A stretch of 64,000 nt of DNA from an uncultured Gammaproteobacteria bacterium (GCA_964435035.1 CAYSXR010000004.1:676-64675); one strand, 5' to 3'; positions 19,918 to 30,297 are shown, counted from the first letter of the stretch. The notes: generated from the letters alone by a model not told the origin. Numbers and translations: made by a program.

Positions 19918-22900
19918 ATGGTGAAATTTAAGAAAAATAAGCAGAAGTTAGTGAAATCACAATCACGTAATTCTAACAGCAAATGGGATTTTGCTGCTTA
20001 TTGGGTTTGGCATGAATTGTTATTATCATATGGTAGACTTCGTAAAACTACCAAAACTCGTACAGCAAAAAAAGAACTTAATGCTCTTGGTAAACAAATC
20101 ATGCGTCATTATGTAAAAAACTTTGTTTATTTTCCTGTTTGGCTTTTTAAATTTCTTACGCCTTCATATCTTAAAGGTCCAGTAAATGTATGGACCAATT
20201 TACGTACCATTCTCCGAAGTTCTGAATTTCGTCCTCTTCGACTCGCGGTGGTTTCACAGGCAGTCTTTTGTTTTGTTTTTATTAGGTTGGGAATGCTTAT
20301 TTTTTATAACCTTTCAACTCCAGCTGATGCTGCTACGTTTGGATGGATACAGACTACGTGGACTGGGGGAGTCTCGACTACTGTTGCAGCTACGCATTCG
20401 AGTGATCGAACTGGCTGGACGACATATGCGAGTTCTACTCAAGTGAACACTACTGTTTCATCTGGAAATATTACTATTGCAACTTCATCATACATAACGA
20501 CAGATGATAGCACACTTAGTACTGATGGTCTTGCAAGTGGTGGTGGATTTGCAAATGGTGTCACCTCTAGCGTGGTAGTGAACGGCGGAGATGTTACTCT
20601 AGGTATTGCATCTGCTGGTGGAGAAATTAATCAGTGGGATGCTACTCCATATAATCTTCCTGCTACTATTAGTGGTACCGAAGATGGTAATGGAGTTATG
20701 GTGACTGATGGCGTTGATGCTTTTTATATCCTTCGTGGGGGTGGAACGACTGGGTTTTATAAATTTATTCCTTCTGATAAAACAACGAGCACTCTTACCT
20801 CTGTGCCTACCTCTATACCTCCCAATGGGGGTGGGGGAACGGTTGCGTTGTCTGGTGATTATATTTATCTGTATTCTGGAGGTAATAGTAATGTTAAATT
20901 TTACGCATATTCGATTTTGGGGAATTCATGGACTACTCTTACTAATCCGCCTAGTTCACCTTATGGTGACGGTATTGGTAGTACCATGGCTGTTGATGCT
21001 TCAGGAAATATTTATTTTGCAGCAGGTGGAGCAACAACAAATTTTTTAAAGTATACCGTAACTTCAAGTGCTCCGTATGGGGCATGGAGTGTGTTGTCTA
21101 GTATTGGAAATTCTGTGGGAAGAGGCTCTCGAGCAATATATGATAGTGAGAATAATGATATCCTTATCCTTACAGGTAATAATGGTCATACCATAAGTAA
21201 GTACGATATTGATTTAGGTACGATGACTAATTATGCTGGTGCTCCTAATGACCCTGGATTTACGTCGGGTGCTTCGATGGTAAAAAATGATGACAACGAT
21301 ATTGTATATGCAATTACCGGTCAAAACTATGCATGGCTTGAGAGATTGAATTTGAATAGTGGCACATGGGCATCAAGACAAACTTCTTCAACACCTGCTG
21401 CAGGAAATACAGTGGGGTATATGATACATAAACCTGGAGAAAACAGGATTTATACCACATTTGGAGGAACTAGTTTTTACTATTTACGACCACAACAAGG
21501 GGATTGGCAGTTCACTACCACGACTAAGCCAATTCCTGGATCAATCGGTGCGGGTGCTACCATGATTCGTCACAATAATGATGAAATTTATGTATTGGCT
21601 GGGGGAGGGAGTAGTGCTATTTATCGTTTTGCTATTAATGCGGGTACTCAATATACAGCTACAGGTACACTTACTTCTGCAACAATTGATCTTAAATATG
21701 CAACTTCTACTCGGATTTCATGGTCCTCGAGTGCGCATGGTCAGACTGGGTCAAATCCAGTAAAGTTTCAAGTTGCCGCAAATACGGATAATGCTACCTG
21801 GAGCTATGTAGGTCCTGATGGAACTTCAGGAACGTACTTTACTAGTTCTAATACTGCATTGCCTGGATCATTGAATGGAAAAAGATATTATCGATATCGA
21901 GCCTATTTAACTACTGCAAATACTTCATTTACTCCTACACTTAGTAGTGTTACTTTTACGTATCATAGTTATTTGACTTCTGGTTCACTCGCGTCAAATC
22001 CTTTTAATGCTGAAGATGACACTAATGTGCTCGCTGCGGTTTCGTGGGCGGGAAGTGTTCCGGCGGGTACCGTGATTAAATTCCAAGTGCGTACTAGTCC
22101 TGATAATGCAGTCTTCACTTCATGGATGGGTCCGGATGGAACTTCTGGTACGTATTTTACTGACAGTAGTGGTGCGCAAACGATGCCTGCTCTGTTGACC
22201 GATGGGGAAGATGATCGTTGGATTCAGTATAAAGTATTTTTTGAATCTGATGGAACAGGAACTCCGATTCTTGAACAAAGTACACTTACGTATGTAGTGA
22301 ATGCACCTCCGGAGATTACTATTACGAATACGGTTTCTACTACTTCCAGTGGTGTTGTAGTGGTGAATTATGACGTGCGTGATATTGATAGTGCAACGGG
22401 TGCTACGCCTGGTGTGGTTGCTGTTGCGCTTCAGTATTGTACGGCGAGTTGTTCAAGTGTGGGGAATGAGGTGTGGGCTACAGCAGTAACTTCAAGTTTG
22501 TCTGGTACGTTTGGTTCGAGCGTTGCAGTGGATACTGTTTCGACTACTCAATATACAAGTTATTCATTGACTTGGACTCCCACTAGTTCTTATAATAACC
22601 AGTATAATGGATCGAATTTTAAAATCCGTCTTCGTGCGAATGATTCTGAGGCGGCAAATAATATCGGGGTTGATGAGTCCAATACTTTTGTATTGGATAC
22701 TACTGATCCTTTACCTTCAATTATTATTGATGGGAGAAGTATTGCGACCAGTACACTTTCGATTAGCGTTACTGATGATACAATGGCAGGATTAGAAATG
22801 AAATTATCAAACGACAGTGACCTATCTTCGGATGGATTAAATGGAAGTTCGGGTACGTGGATTCCGTATACAACAACCTCGACGTGGAATTTGGGTACTG

Positions 22901-25900
22901 GAGGAACAACGGTCTATTACCAGGTTAGGGATGCATTTGGAAATATCTCTGCAAATGGTATTATCTCATCTGCAGAGACTCCTGAAATTCCTGGAAATTT
23001 ATTTTTTAAAGATATTTCGAACTCTGATACTTTGGAATGGCGAGAATTTATTGCATGGCAAATTATTGATGATCCGACTCCTGGATTTGCACAATACGCA
23101 ATTTATCGTTCAAGCGATGGTATTAATTATACTGAAATTGCTACTCAAGTATCACGTATTATTAATTATTATCTTGATACTGATATTGATACAGGAACGG
23201 TTTATTATTATAAAGTTACTTCAGAAGATAGCGATGGTAATATTTCGGCATTTTCGACTATTGTATCTGATAATCCGAATGGAACGGGAGGAACTGATGT
23301 GTCTGCGCCGACTATTTCCAATGTTACGACGAGTTCGATTGGTTCAAATTCAATTACGATTACCTGGGAGACTGATGAAGTTTCTGATTCGTATATTGAT
23401 TATACGACTGAAGAGGGAAGTGACTTTAGTAATGTGGATACGGTAGGTCTGACGACGATGCGAAATAATGCTGCAGGACTCGGTATTCATATAGTTTCTC
23501 TCACGAATCTTGCACCAAACACGACATATTATTTCCGTGTACGATCTCTCGATCCTGATGGTAATGAGGGAATTGGCACGCAAGCTCCTAATGGATACGT
23601 ATACACGACGCTCACTGGACCGATTATTTCAGATGTTTCAACTGCTGAAATTCGAAATACTCAGGCAACAGTTACATGGAGTACTGATCAGGATAGTGAT
23701 TCGTATGTAGTTTTTTCTACCTCTTCAAGTTTTACTGCGTCTTCGACTGTAGGTTCACCTCTCACTGTGTCATCGCATGAGGTAGTTCTGCCTTCGCTTC
23801 TTCCGGGGACTACGTATTATTATTATGTTCAATCTGGGCAAGTAACTGATAAGAATACTATCGAAGGGCAGCATGAATATTATACGTTTGAAACCACTGC
23901 GGATATTACGGCTCCAGTAATTACGTTTGATTCTGGGGGAGACGTGGTTGTGTCTGATACTTCATTGGTAATTACTTTTAGCACCAACGAGACTGCAACT
24001 TCTACGATTAATTATGGTACGAGTCTTTCATATGGGTCTGTGATCGCTAATAATAATCTTAATTCTGACCACCGTTACGTATTTACTGGACTTCTTCCAG
24101 GTACTGCATACTATCTGAGTATGCGTGTTGCGGATGTTGATGGAAATATATCAAGCGCCCTTCAATTTAGTGTTACTACTACTGATAGTGCAGATTATAC
24201 TCCGCCTATCATTACGAACGTAACTTCGAGTGTGGTGACTGATGATGAAGCACTTATACTCTGGTCAACTGATGAGGGCGCTACTGGAAAAGTGTATTAT
24301 GGTACGACGAGCACGGTATACACTGAATCAAGTGATTTAGTTTCAACTTACAATCGTGAACATTTTATGACTCTCAGTGGGTTGACTACTTCAACAGAGT
24401 ATTTTTATGTAGTTGTATCAGCTGATGTAAGTGGAAATAGTAGTACTTCAACTGAGTATTCATTTACCACTCTCGAAGAATTATCTGAAGAAAGCGAAGT
24501 GCGATTGCGTGAAGAAACTGCGTACGCACAAGGGCTCGCCGATGGTACTCCACCACCAGATTTTGTGGCACCAATCATTTCGAATGTTACTTCGACGGTG
24601 GTGACTGATGATGAGGCTCTTATTATCTGGTCGACTGATGAGGGTACAACGGGACGGGTTCATTATGGTACCACTCCTTCAACGTATACTGAATCAAGTG
24701 ATTTAGTTGCTACATTTAATAGTGCGCATGCAATTACCCTTCATAATCTTACTACTTCTACGCAATATTATTTTGTTGTAGTGTCTGCTGATTCTAGTGC
24801 AAATACTTCTACTTCTGGCGAATATACGTTTACCACACTTGAAACACTCTCAGAAGAAAGTGAAGTGTTGCTTCGTGAAGAGGCTGCTCGAGCAGAGGGT
24901 GTAGTACAAGGGTCTGCAACAGTACCATCAAGTGGTGGGGGAGGAAGTTCTGTTGATCGAACACCTCCTATTATTTCTGATGTGTTGGTGAACAATATCG
25001 CCTCTGATTCTGCTACGATCAAGTGGAATACGAATGAAAATGCTAATACATTGGTAGAATTTGGAAAGACCATTGAATATGGTCGAGGCTCACTCGATCT
25101 TGAAAATGTACAAGTACATACGATTGATTTGGTTGAATTACTTCCTCTCACTACTTATTTTTATCGAATAAGCTCAATTGATACTACAGGTAATCGAAGT
25201 AGCCCAGTAACCGGATCGTTTACCACTGTTTCACTCGCTGAAGAAATTGCATCAAGTACCGAAAATATTATTGAAGATATTGCAGCAGACGAAAAAAATA
25301 CTGATGCTGCAGAGGAATTGTTTCTCTCTACTATCGAAAAAGCTGGACAAATTATCAAGAGTCTCGCTGGTCGTGTGAGTGTTGGTGTACTTGAGACATC
25401 ATTACTTGCTCAGGCACAGATTATCGAACAATTGTCTGACATTTTGCCATTACCTATTATCGGTGGACAGCCTGTAGTTGATGCAGGATCGAATTATGCT
25501 ACAGTTTCGTGGAGTACTGATAAAAATGCAAATTCATTGGTTGAGTTTGCGCCTGAAGGAGAGTTTTTGTCTGATAAGACCTATGATCAGACGGTAGGAG
25601 AGCCTACGGCTTCCCGAACTGGGCATGTGGTTGAAGTGAAAGGATTGCTTCCTGATACGGTATATCATTATCGTGTGGTTTCTCGTACACAAACGGGATC
25701 TGAAACAAAGTCTCAAGATTTTGTATTTAGAACGAAATCTCAAACTAACGAAATTACGAATTACAATGTAGTTGTTCTCTCTCCTGAAGAAGTTTCTTTT
25801 TCTTGGAATACCACGGTACCTACCGATTCTGCAGTTGTGTACACACCTTATCGAAATGGGGTACCTCAGATTGAGGCACGGCAAGTAGTACGACAAGCTG

Positions 25901-26424
25901 GACTCACTACACAGCATTCTCTTAAGGCTGTAGGATTTGAAGCAGGTGTTCTCTATGATGTTGAATTGCTTGGTACTGACACAGGAAACAATGTATCGAG
26001 TAAGGTAATTAAAGGCTTTACTACCGAAGGAGAGGATCTTGTGCCAGTGATTTCCCAGATACAGACTGATGCGGCGATTGTACCTGGAGGGAAAGAAAAG
26101 ATTCAAATTATTATTTCATGGCAGACCAATGAATTATCAACGAGTAGATTATTTTATCGTAAAGGATTTGCTGCTGATGGTACTCAATTTACCGCAAGCA
26201 CTACTCTTGATCAAAATTATACAAAAAAACATGTGGTGGTGGTTACGAATTTTGAACCGGGTACCGTCTACCAATTTGTGGTTGAGAGTATTGATTCAAG
26301 TGGTAATACAGGTATTTCAAAAACAATTACTATCCTCACTCCTCAAAAAGAACAATCAGTGTTTCAAGTCATTTTTAGTAACGTAGAAGATATGTTCTCG
26401 TGGGTCGGTAAACTTAGAAATTAG
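19918..26424 (+). CDS. Giant Ser/Thr-rich surface protein (Kelch-like propeller plus multiple FN3/Ig-like domains), 2168 aa
   Basis: Basic N-terminus and a hydrophobic segment, GG..Y..W Kelch-like repeats, and many W.TDE...Y.G / L.P.T.YYY.V.S FN3 repeats. Confidence 0.8.
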   Translation: MVKFKKNKQKLVKSQSRNSNSKWDFAAYWVWHELLLSYGRLRKTTKTRTAKKELNALGKQIMRHYVKNFVYFPVWLFKFLTPSYLKGPVNVWTNLRTILRSSEFRPLRLAVVSQAVFCFVFIRLGMLIFYNLSTPADAATFGWIQTTWTGGVSTTVAATHSSDRTGWTTYASSTQVNTTVSSGNITIATSSYITTDDSTLSTDGLASGGGFANGVTSSVVVNGGDVTLGIASAGGEINQWDATPYNLPATISGTEDGNGVMVTDGVDAFYILRGGGTTGFYKFIPSDKTTSTLTSVPTSIPPNGGGGTVALSGDYIYLYSGGNSNVKFYAYSILGNSWTTLTNPPSSPYGDGIGSTMAVDASGNIYFAAGGATTNFLKYTVTSSAPYGAWSVLSSIGNSVGRGSRAIYDSENNDILILTGNNGHTISKYDIDLGTMTNYAGAPNDPGFTSGASMVKNDDNDIVYAITGQNYAWLERLNLNSGTWASRQTSSTPAAGNTVGYMIHKPGENRIYTTFGGTSFYYLRPQQGDWQFTTTTKPIPGSIGAGATMIRHNNDEIYVLAGGGSSAIYRFAINAGTQYTATGTLTSATIDLKYATSTRISWSSSAHGQTGSNPVKFQVAANTDNATWSYVGPDGTSGTYFTSSNTALPGSLNGKRYYRYRAYLTTANTSFTPTLSSVTFTYHSYLTSGSLASNPFNAEDDTNVLAAVSWAGSVPAGTVIKFQVRTSPDNAVFTSWMGPDGTSGTYFTDSSGAQTMPALLTDGEDDRWIQYKVFFESDGTGTPILEQSTLTYVVNAPPEITITNTVSTTSSGVVVVNYDVRDIDSATGATPGVVAVALQYCTASCSSVGNEVWATAVTSSLSGTFGSSVAVDTVSTTQYTSYSLTWTPTSSYNNQYNGSNFKIRLRANDSEAANNIGVDESNTFVLDTTDPLPSIIIDGRSIATSTLSISVTDDTMAGLEMKLSNDSDLSSDGLNGSSGTWIPYTTTSTWNLGTGGTTVYYQVRDAFGNISANGIISSAETPEIPGNLFFKDISNSDTLEWREFIAWQIIDDPTPGFAQYAIYRSSDGINYTEIATQVSRIINYYLDTDIDTGTVYYYKVTSEDSDGNISAFSTIVSDNPNGTGGTDVSAPTISNVTTSSIGSNSITITWETDEVSDSYIDYTTEEGSDFSNVDTVGLTTMRNNAAGLGIHIVSLTNLAPNTTYYFRVRSLDPDGNEGIGTQAPNGYVYTTLTGPIISDVSTAEIRNTQATVTWSTDQDSDSYVVFSTSSSFTASSTVGSPLTVSSHEVVLPSLLPGTTYYYYVQSGQVTDKNTIEGQHEYYTFETTADITAPVITFDSGGDVVVSDTSLVITFSTNETATSTINYGTSLSYGSVIANNNLNSDHRYVFTGLLPGTAYYLSMRVADVDGNISSALQFSVTTTDSADYTPPIITNVTSSVVTDDEALILWSTDEGATGKVYYGTTSTVYTESSDLVSTYNREHFMTLSGLTTSTEYFYVVVSADVSGNSSTSTEYSFTTLEELSEESEVRLREETAYAQGLADGTPPPDFVAPIISNVTSTVVTDDEALIIWSTDEGTTGRVHYGTTPSTYTESSDLVATFNSAHAITLHNLTTSTQYYFVVVSADSSANTSTSGEYTFTTLETLSEESEVLLREEAARAEGVVQGSATVPSSGGGGSSVDRTPPIISDVLVNNIASDSATIKWNTNENANTLVEFGKTIEYGRGSLDLENVQVHTIDLVELLPLTTYFYRISSIDTTGNRSSPVTGSFTTVSLAEEIASSTENIIEDIAADEKNTDAAEELFLSTIEKAGQIIKSLAGRVSVGVLETSLLAQAQIIEQLSDILPLPIIGGQPVVDAGSNYATVSWSTDKNANSLVEFAPEGEFLSDKTYDQTVGEPTASRTGHVVEVKGLLPDTVYHYRVVSRTQTGSETKSQDFVFRTKSQTNEITNYNVVVLSPEEVSFSWNTTVPTDSAVVYTPYRNGVPQIEARQVVRQAGLTTQHSLKAVGFEAGVLYDVELLGTDTGNNVSSKVIKGFTTEGEDLVPVISQIQTDAAIVPGGKEKIQIIISWQTNELSTSRLFYRKGFAADGTQFTASTTLDQNYTKKHVVVVTNFEPGTVYQFVVESIDSSGNTGISKTITILTPQKEQSVFQVIFSNVEDMFSWVGKLRN

Positions 26425-26448
26425 GTATATATTATCTAGTCTCTTTTG

Positions 26449-26478
26449 TTGACAAAATGCCCTAGTTTTACGTATACT
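26449..26478 (+). promoter_or_regulatory. Sigma70 promoter of the glyQS leader
   Basis: TTGACA-18 bp-TATACT. Confidence 0.75.
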
Positions 26479-26484
26479 ATCTTT

Positions 26485-26630
26485 CGATAAGCTGGGGTAA
26501 TGATAAGAGGTGGCTCTCTTTGAACTTTTGGCTTATATTACATAAAAAAGTGTCCCGACTTAGTCGGGAAACTTGGGTGGAACCCCCGGTCGAATGGCTG
26601 GGCCCAAGACCATTAGAGTGGTCTTTTTTT
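26485..26630 (+). promoter_or_regulatory. Glycine T-box riboswitch with an ultra-short Stem I
   Basis: T-box AACTTGGG-TGGAACC (UGGA matches the tRNA-Gly UCCA end), antiterminator CTTGGG/CCCAAG, terminator AAGACCA/TGGTCTT plus T-run, Stem III TCCCGAC/GTCGGGA, and a GGC codon in a loop above a K-turn-like motif, all upstream of GlyRS. Confidence 0.75.
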
Positions 26631-26632
26631 AT

Positions 26633-26723
26633 ACATTGATTCAAACAGATTAATACAGATTACACAGATAGATGTATTTGTATTTTCAGTTTAAATCCGT
26701 TTGAATCAGTCTAAATCAATGTT
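26633..26723. repeat. Family B element
   Basis: ACATTGATTCAAACAGATTAATACAGATTACACAGAT ... AATCCGTTTGAATCAGTCTAAATCAATGTT, ending 2 nt before the glyQS ATG. Confidence 0.85.
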
Positions 26724-26725
26724 GT

Positions 26726-28036
26726 ATGTCTCAAGATACCATGGAAGCTCTTATATCATTATGCAAACGTCGAGGTTTTGTTTTTCCTGGGAGTGAAATT
26801 TACGGGGGTCTTGCTAATGCATGGGATTACGGTCCATTGGGTGCGCAGATGAAGAAAAATATTAAAGACTTGTGGTGGAAGCAATTTGTTGAAAGCAGGA
26901 TCGATATGGTTCCCTTTGATGGAGCAATACTTATGAATCCAAAAGTGTGGGAAGCGAGTGGGCACGTGGCAACCTTCAATGATCCATTAGTTGAATGTAA
27001 AAATTGTCATGGTCGTTTTCGAGCTGATCAGGTGGATATTTCCAAAAATTGTCCAACCTGTGGAAAAAAAGATTGGACCGAAGCTAAACAGTTTAATCTG
27101 ATGTTTAAAACGTCCATTGGTCCCTCAGAAGAAAGTGCTAATACGGTGTATCTTCGTCCAGAAACTGCCCAGGCAATGTTTGTAAATTTTAAACAGGTTG
27201 CAAATACGAGTCGAAAAAGACTTCCTTTTGGAATTGCACAAATTGGAAAAGCATTTCGTAATGAAATTACGCCCGGGAATTTTATTTTCCGAACACTTGA
27301 ATTCGAACAAATGGAAATTGAATATTTCATTGAAGAGAATGAGTGGGAAAAATTGTTTGAAAATTGGTTGAAAGATACCTATTCTTTTGCTCGTGCATTG
27401 GGAATCAAAACGGATCTTATGCATGATTTGGAAGTTCCTGAAGATGAACGAGCACATTATTCCAAACGCACTGTTGATATCATGTTTGATTTTCCCTTTG
27501 GACAGAAAGAGTTGTGGGGTCTTGCGTATCGTGGGGATTATGATTTGCGTCAGCATGAAGCACACTCAAAACAATCTCTGGAATATACGGATCCTCTCGA
27601 TAATAAACGAAAAATAATTCCGCATGTGATTGAGCCTTCATTTGGAGTAGATCGAACATTGCTTGCTGTTCTCGTATCTGCATACGAAGAGCAATTGGTA
27701 AAAGAAGGGGATACACGTGTTGTGTTACACCTGAAGCCGGCAATCGCTCCCTATCATGTTGCCGTATTGCCACTCATGAAAAAAGACGGACTTGCTGAAA
27801 TTGCACAGACATTACACTCTGAGTTATTGAAATATTTTAGAGCAGATTATGATGAATCGGGAAGTGTGGGAAAACGGTATCGAAGACATGATGAAATTGG
27901 AACTCCGTTTTGTGTCACAGTGGATTATGAATCAAAAGATGATAATTGTGTCACCGTTCGCGACCGTGATACAATGACGCAGGAGCGGATGAAGATTGAG
28001 GATTTACCTGAGTTTTTGCGAGGAAAAATGATTTAG
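26726..28036 (+). CDS. glyQS: Glycine--tRNA ligase (alpha2 type)
   Basis: LCKRRGFVFPGSEIYGG, LRPETAQ, FRNEITP, EFEQME, IEPSFGVDR, GKRYRRHDEIGTP. Confidence 0.97.
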   Translation: MSQDTMEALISLCKRRGFVFPGSEIYGGLANAWDYGPLGAQMKKNIKDLWWKQFVESRIDMVPFDGAILMNPKVWEASGHVATFNDPLVECKNCHGRFRADQVDISKNCPTCGKKDWTEAKQFNLMFKTSIGPSEESANTVYLRPETAQAMFVNFKQVANTSRKRLPFGIAQIGKAFRNEITPGNFIFRTLEFEQMEIEYFIEENEWEKLFENWLKDTYSFARALGIKTDLMHDLEVPEDERAHYSKRTVDIMFDFPFGQKELWGLAYRGDYDLRQHEAHSKQSLEYTDPLDNKRKIIPHVIEPSFGVDRTLLAVLVSAYEEQLVKEGDTRVVLHLKPAIAPYHVAVLPLMKKDGLAEIAQTLHSELLKYFRADYDESGSVGKRYRRHDEIGTPFCVTVDYESKDDNCVTVRDRDTMTQERMKIEDLPEFLRGKMI

Positions 28037-28050
28037 TTATAGATAAAATT

Positions 28051-28161
28051 AAATTATTCTAATTATACTAATTAACCTAATTGTTTTAACACTCATAATA
28101 TAGGTTGAAAGAATGTATACGTTTAGGTAAATTAGAATAATTAGAGTACTTAGAATAATTT
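28051..28161. repeat. Family A element
   Basis: AAATTATTCT AATTATACT AATTAACCT AATTGTTTT ... TTAGGTAAA TTAGAATAA TTAGAGTAC TTAGAATAATTT. Confidence 0.85.
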
Positions 28162-28168
28162 TTTACTT

Positions 28169-29428
28169 ATGTACGAACGATATAATCTCCACAATGGAGC
28201 AGAAGTGTGTCTAGTTCCTATCAAGGATGCACAGTCAACGACTGTTCTTATTATGTATCCTGTTGGTTCACGCTATGAATCATTTAAATTGAATGGAGTG
28301 TCACATTATATTGAACATCTTTTTTTCAAAGGTACTAAGAAGCGTCCAACGACTTTGAAGTTGACTAGTGAAATTGATCGACTTGGTGCCGAGTATAATG
28401 CATTTACGAGTAAAGAATATACAGGATATTATATTAAAGCAGCAGGAAATTTTCTTGAAACTTCGCTTGATATTCTTTCAGACATGCTTTTCAATTCACT
28501 GTTTGATGCGCGTGAAATGGAGAGAGAGAAGAAAGTAATTGCTGAAGAAATCAAAATGTATAATGATAATCCACTGATGCATATTGATTCAGTGTTTGAA
28601 AGTTCGCTCTATAAGGGCAGTCCTCTTGCGTGGGATATTGCAGGAACGGTAAAGCATGTACAAGAATACAAGCGTGAGGATGTGTTGAAGTATCGTGATA
28701 CGTATTATGATGCAAGTGCAATGAAGATTGTGATTGCAGGTGCGATGAATGCTGAAACGAAAAATTTGATTGAAAAATATTTTGGTATACCTGCAACCAA
28801 GAAAAAAATGAAAAATGTGTATAAACCAATGGTCTATGGTTCAACCAAGCGAGAAGATCGATTGGTGATTGATCATAAAACTACTGACCAGGTGCAGATG
28901 ATGCTTGGGTTTCCCTCATTTTCACATACGGATGAGAGGTTGCATGCTCAGACAGTCATGAATACTATTCTCGGAGGATCGATGAGTTCACGTTTGTTTA
29001 TTCAGATTCGCGAACGCAGGGGATTGGCCTATATGGTGCGCTCAGGATCGGATCAATTCCGTGACACGGGTTATACGTTTGTTCGCTCAGGCCTTGAAGC
29101 GACAAATATTAATAAAGCACTTGACGTTATCAAAAATGAAATTGAAAAAATGGTCGAGAAGGGTGTAACCAAGAAAGAGTTAGAAGATGCTAAGACTCAT
29201 ATCAGAGGATCATTTACCCTTTCTCTTGAGGATAGTAGTATGCAGGCGAATTATTATGCACGCCATTTATTATTCCAGAAAAATATTGAAACTCCTGAAG
29301 AAATACTTTCAAAAATCGATGAGGTTACACATGATGAGATCAAAGCGGTGGCGAAGAAATTATTCAATTGGAAACAAGCGCGGCTTGCGATTATTGGAAA
29401 TACTGATGAGTCGAAGATTAAGTTCTAG
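28169..29428 (+). CDS. M16-family zinc peptidase
   Basis: Inverted zinc motif HYIEH, NAFTSKEYT, SSRLF..IRERRGLAY. Confidence 0.93.
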   Translation: MYERYNLHNGAEVCLVPIKDAQSTTVLIMYPVGSRYESFKLNGVSHYIEHLFFKGTKKRPTTLKLTSEIDRLGAEYNAFTSKEYTGYYIKAAGNFLETSLDILSDMLFNSLFDAREMEREKKVIAEEIKMYNDNPLMHIDSVFESSLYKGSPLAWDIAGTVKHVQEYKREDVLKYRDTYYDASAMKIVIAGAMNAETKNLIEKYFGIPATKKKMKNVYKPMVYGSTKREDRLVIDHKTTDQVQMMLGFPSFSHTDERLHAQTVMNTILGGSMSSRLFIQIRERRGLAYMVRSGSDQFRDTGYTFVRSGLEATNINKALDVIKNEIEKMVEKGVTKKELEDAKTHIRGSFTLSLEDSSMQANYYARHLLFQKNIETPEEILSKIDEVTHDEIKAVAKKLFNWKQARLAIIGNTDESKIKF

Positions 29429-29447
29429 AACAGGTTACACGCGAAAT

Positions 29448-29551
29448 TTGAATGAATCGAATTTATGAATAGGAGAAAAGTTTTCTGGTTTACTGGTTGT
29501 CTAGTTGTCTGGTGAATTCGTGTATTCTTTTGACTTTTTACTTTTGACTTC
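29448..29551. repeat. Compound repeat spacer: GAAT/ATTC units, Family D 8-mers and TTTGACT 7-mers
   Basis: TTTCTGGT TTACTGGT TGTCTAGT TGTCTGGT (29482-29513) is the reverse-complement type of 11998-12037. It is followed by TTTTGAC TTTTTAC TTTTGAC. Confidence 0.65.
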
Positions 29552-29559
29552 ACATGGAT

Positions 29560-30297
29560 ATGAAATATATATTTGGAAATTGGAAAATGTATCTTGATTA
29601 TACTGAAAGTGTTGCACTCTCAGAGAGTATTCGAGATACACAGCTACCGGAGGATTTGGTATGTACCGTATTTCCAAATACACTTGCATTTGTAGGTGTG
29701 CATGAAATTTTGAAAGATACTTCGATTGGTCTTGGTGCACAGAATGTTTCGTGGGTACCTCGGGGTGCCTATACCGGTGCTACTTCAACTGAATTGTTTC
29801 ATAGTGCGGGGGCATCATACGCACTCGTTGGACATTCTGAAAGACGGTATATTTTTGGAGAAACAGATGAAGCTGCTAGGAAAAAATTGGAAGCGTGTTT
29901 GGATGCAAAGCTTATTCCTGTGGTCTGTATTGGTGAAACCAAAGAAGACCGAGTAGACCAAAAAGCTGAGTATCGAGTGAAAAAACAGGTTATGAAGTTG
30001 TTTGAAGGGCTTACTACTTCTCAGCAGATAATTGTGGCATATGAGCCTGTGTGGGCAATTGGGACGGGAGATGCTTGTGATGCGGAAGAAGCAGTACGTA
30101 TGATTACGCTTATTAAAGAGGAAATAAAGATGTATTTTCCAAGAGCTATTCCGGTACTCTATGGCGGAAGTGTGGACGAGAAAAATGCTGCTGAGTATCT
30201 ATCCTACGGAATTATTGATGGTGTATTGGTAGGATCTGCATCGACTGATGGAGTGCGGTTTAAAAAAATAATTGAGAGTTCTGTAATCTCTGTATGA
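29560..30297 (+). CDS. tpiA: Triosephosphate isomerase
   Basis: GNWKM, GAQN, GHSERR, AYEPVWAIGTG, YGGSV. Confidence 0.97.
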   Translation: MKYIFGNWKMYLDYTESVALSESIRDTQLPEDLVCTVFPNTLAFVGVHEILKDTSIGLGAQNVSWVPRGAYTGATSTELFHSAGASYALVGHSERRYIFGETDEAARKKLEACLDAKLIPVVCIGETKEDRVDQKAEYRVKKQVMKLFEGLTTSQQIIVAYEPVWAIGTGDACDAEEAVRMITLIKEEIKMYFPRAIPVLYGGSVDEKNAAEYLSYGIIDGVLVGSASTDGVRFKKIIESSVISV

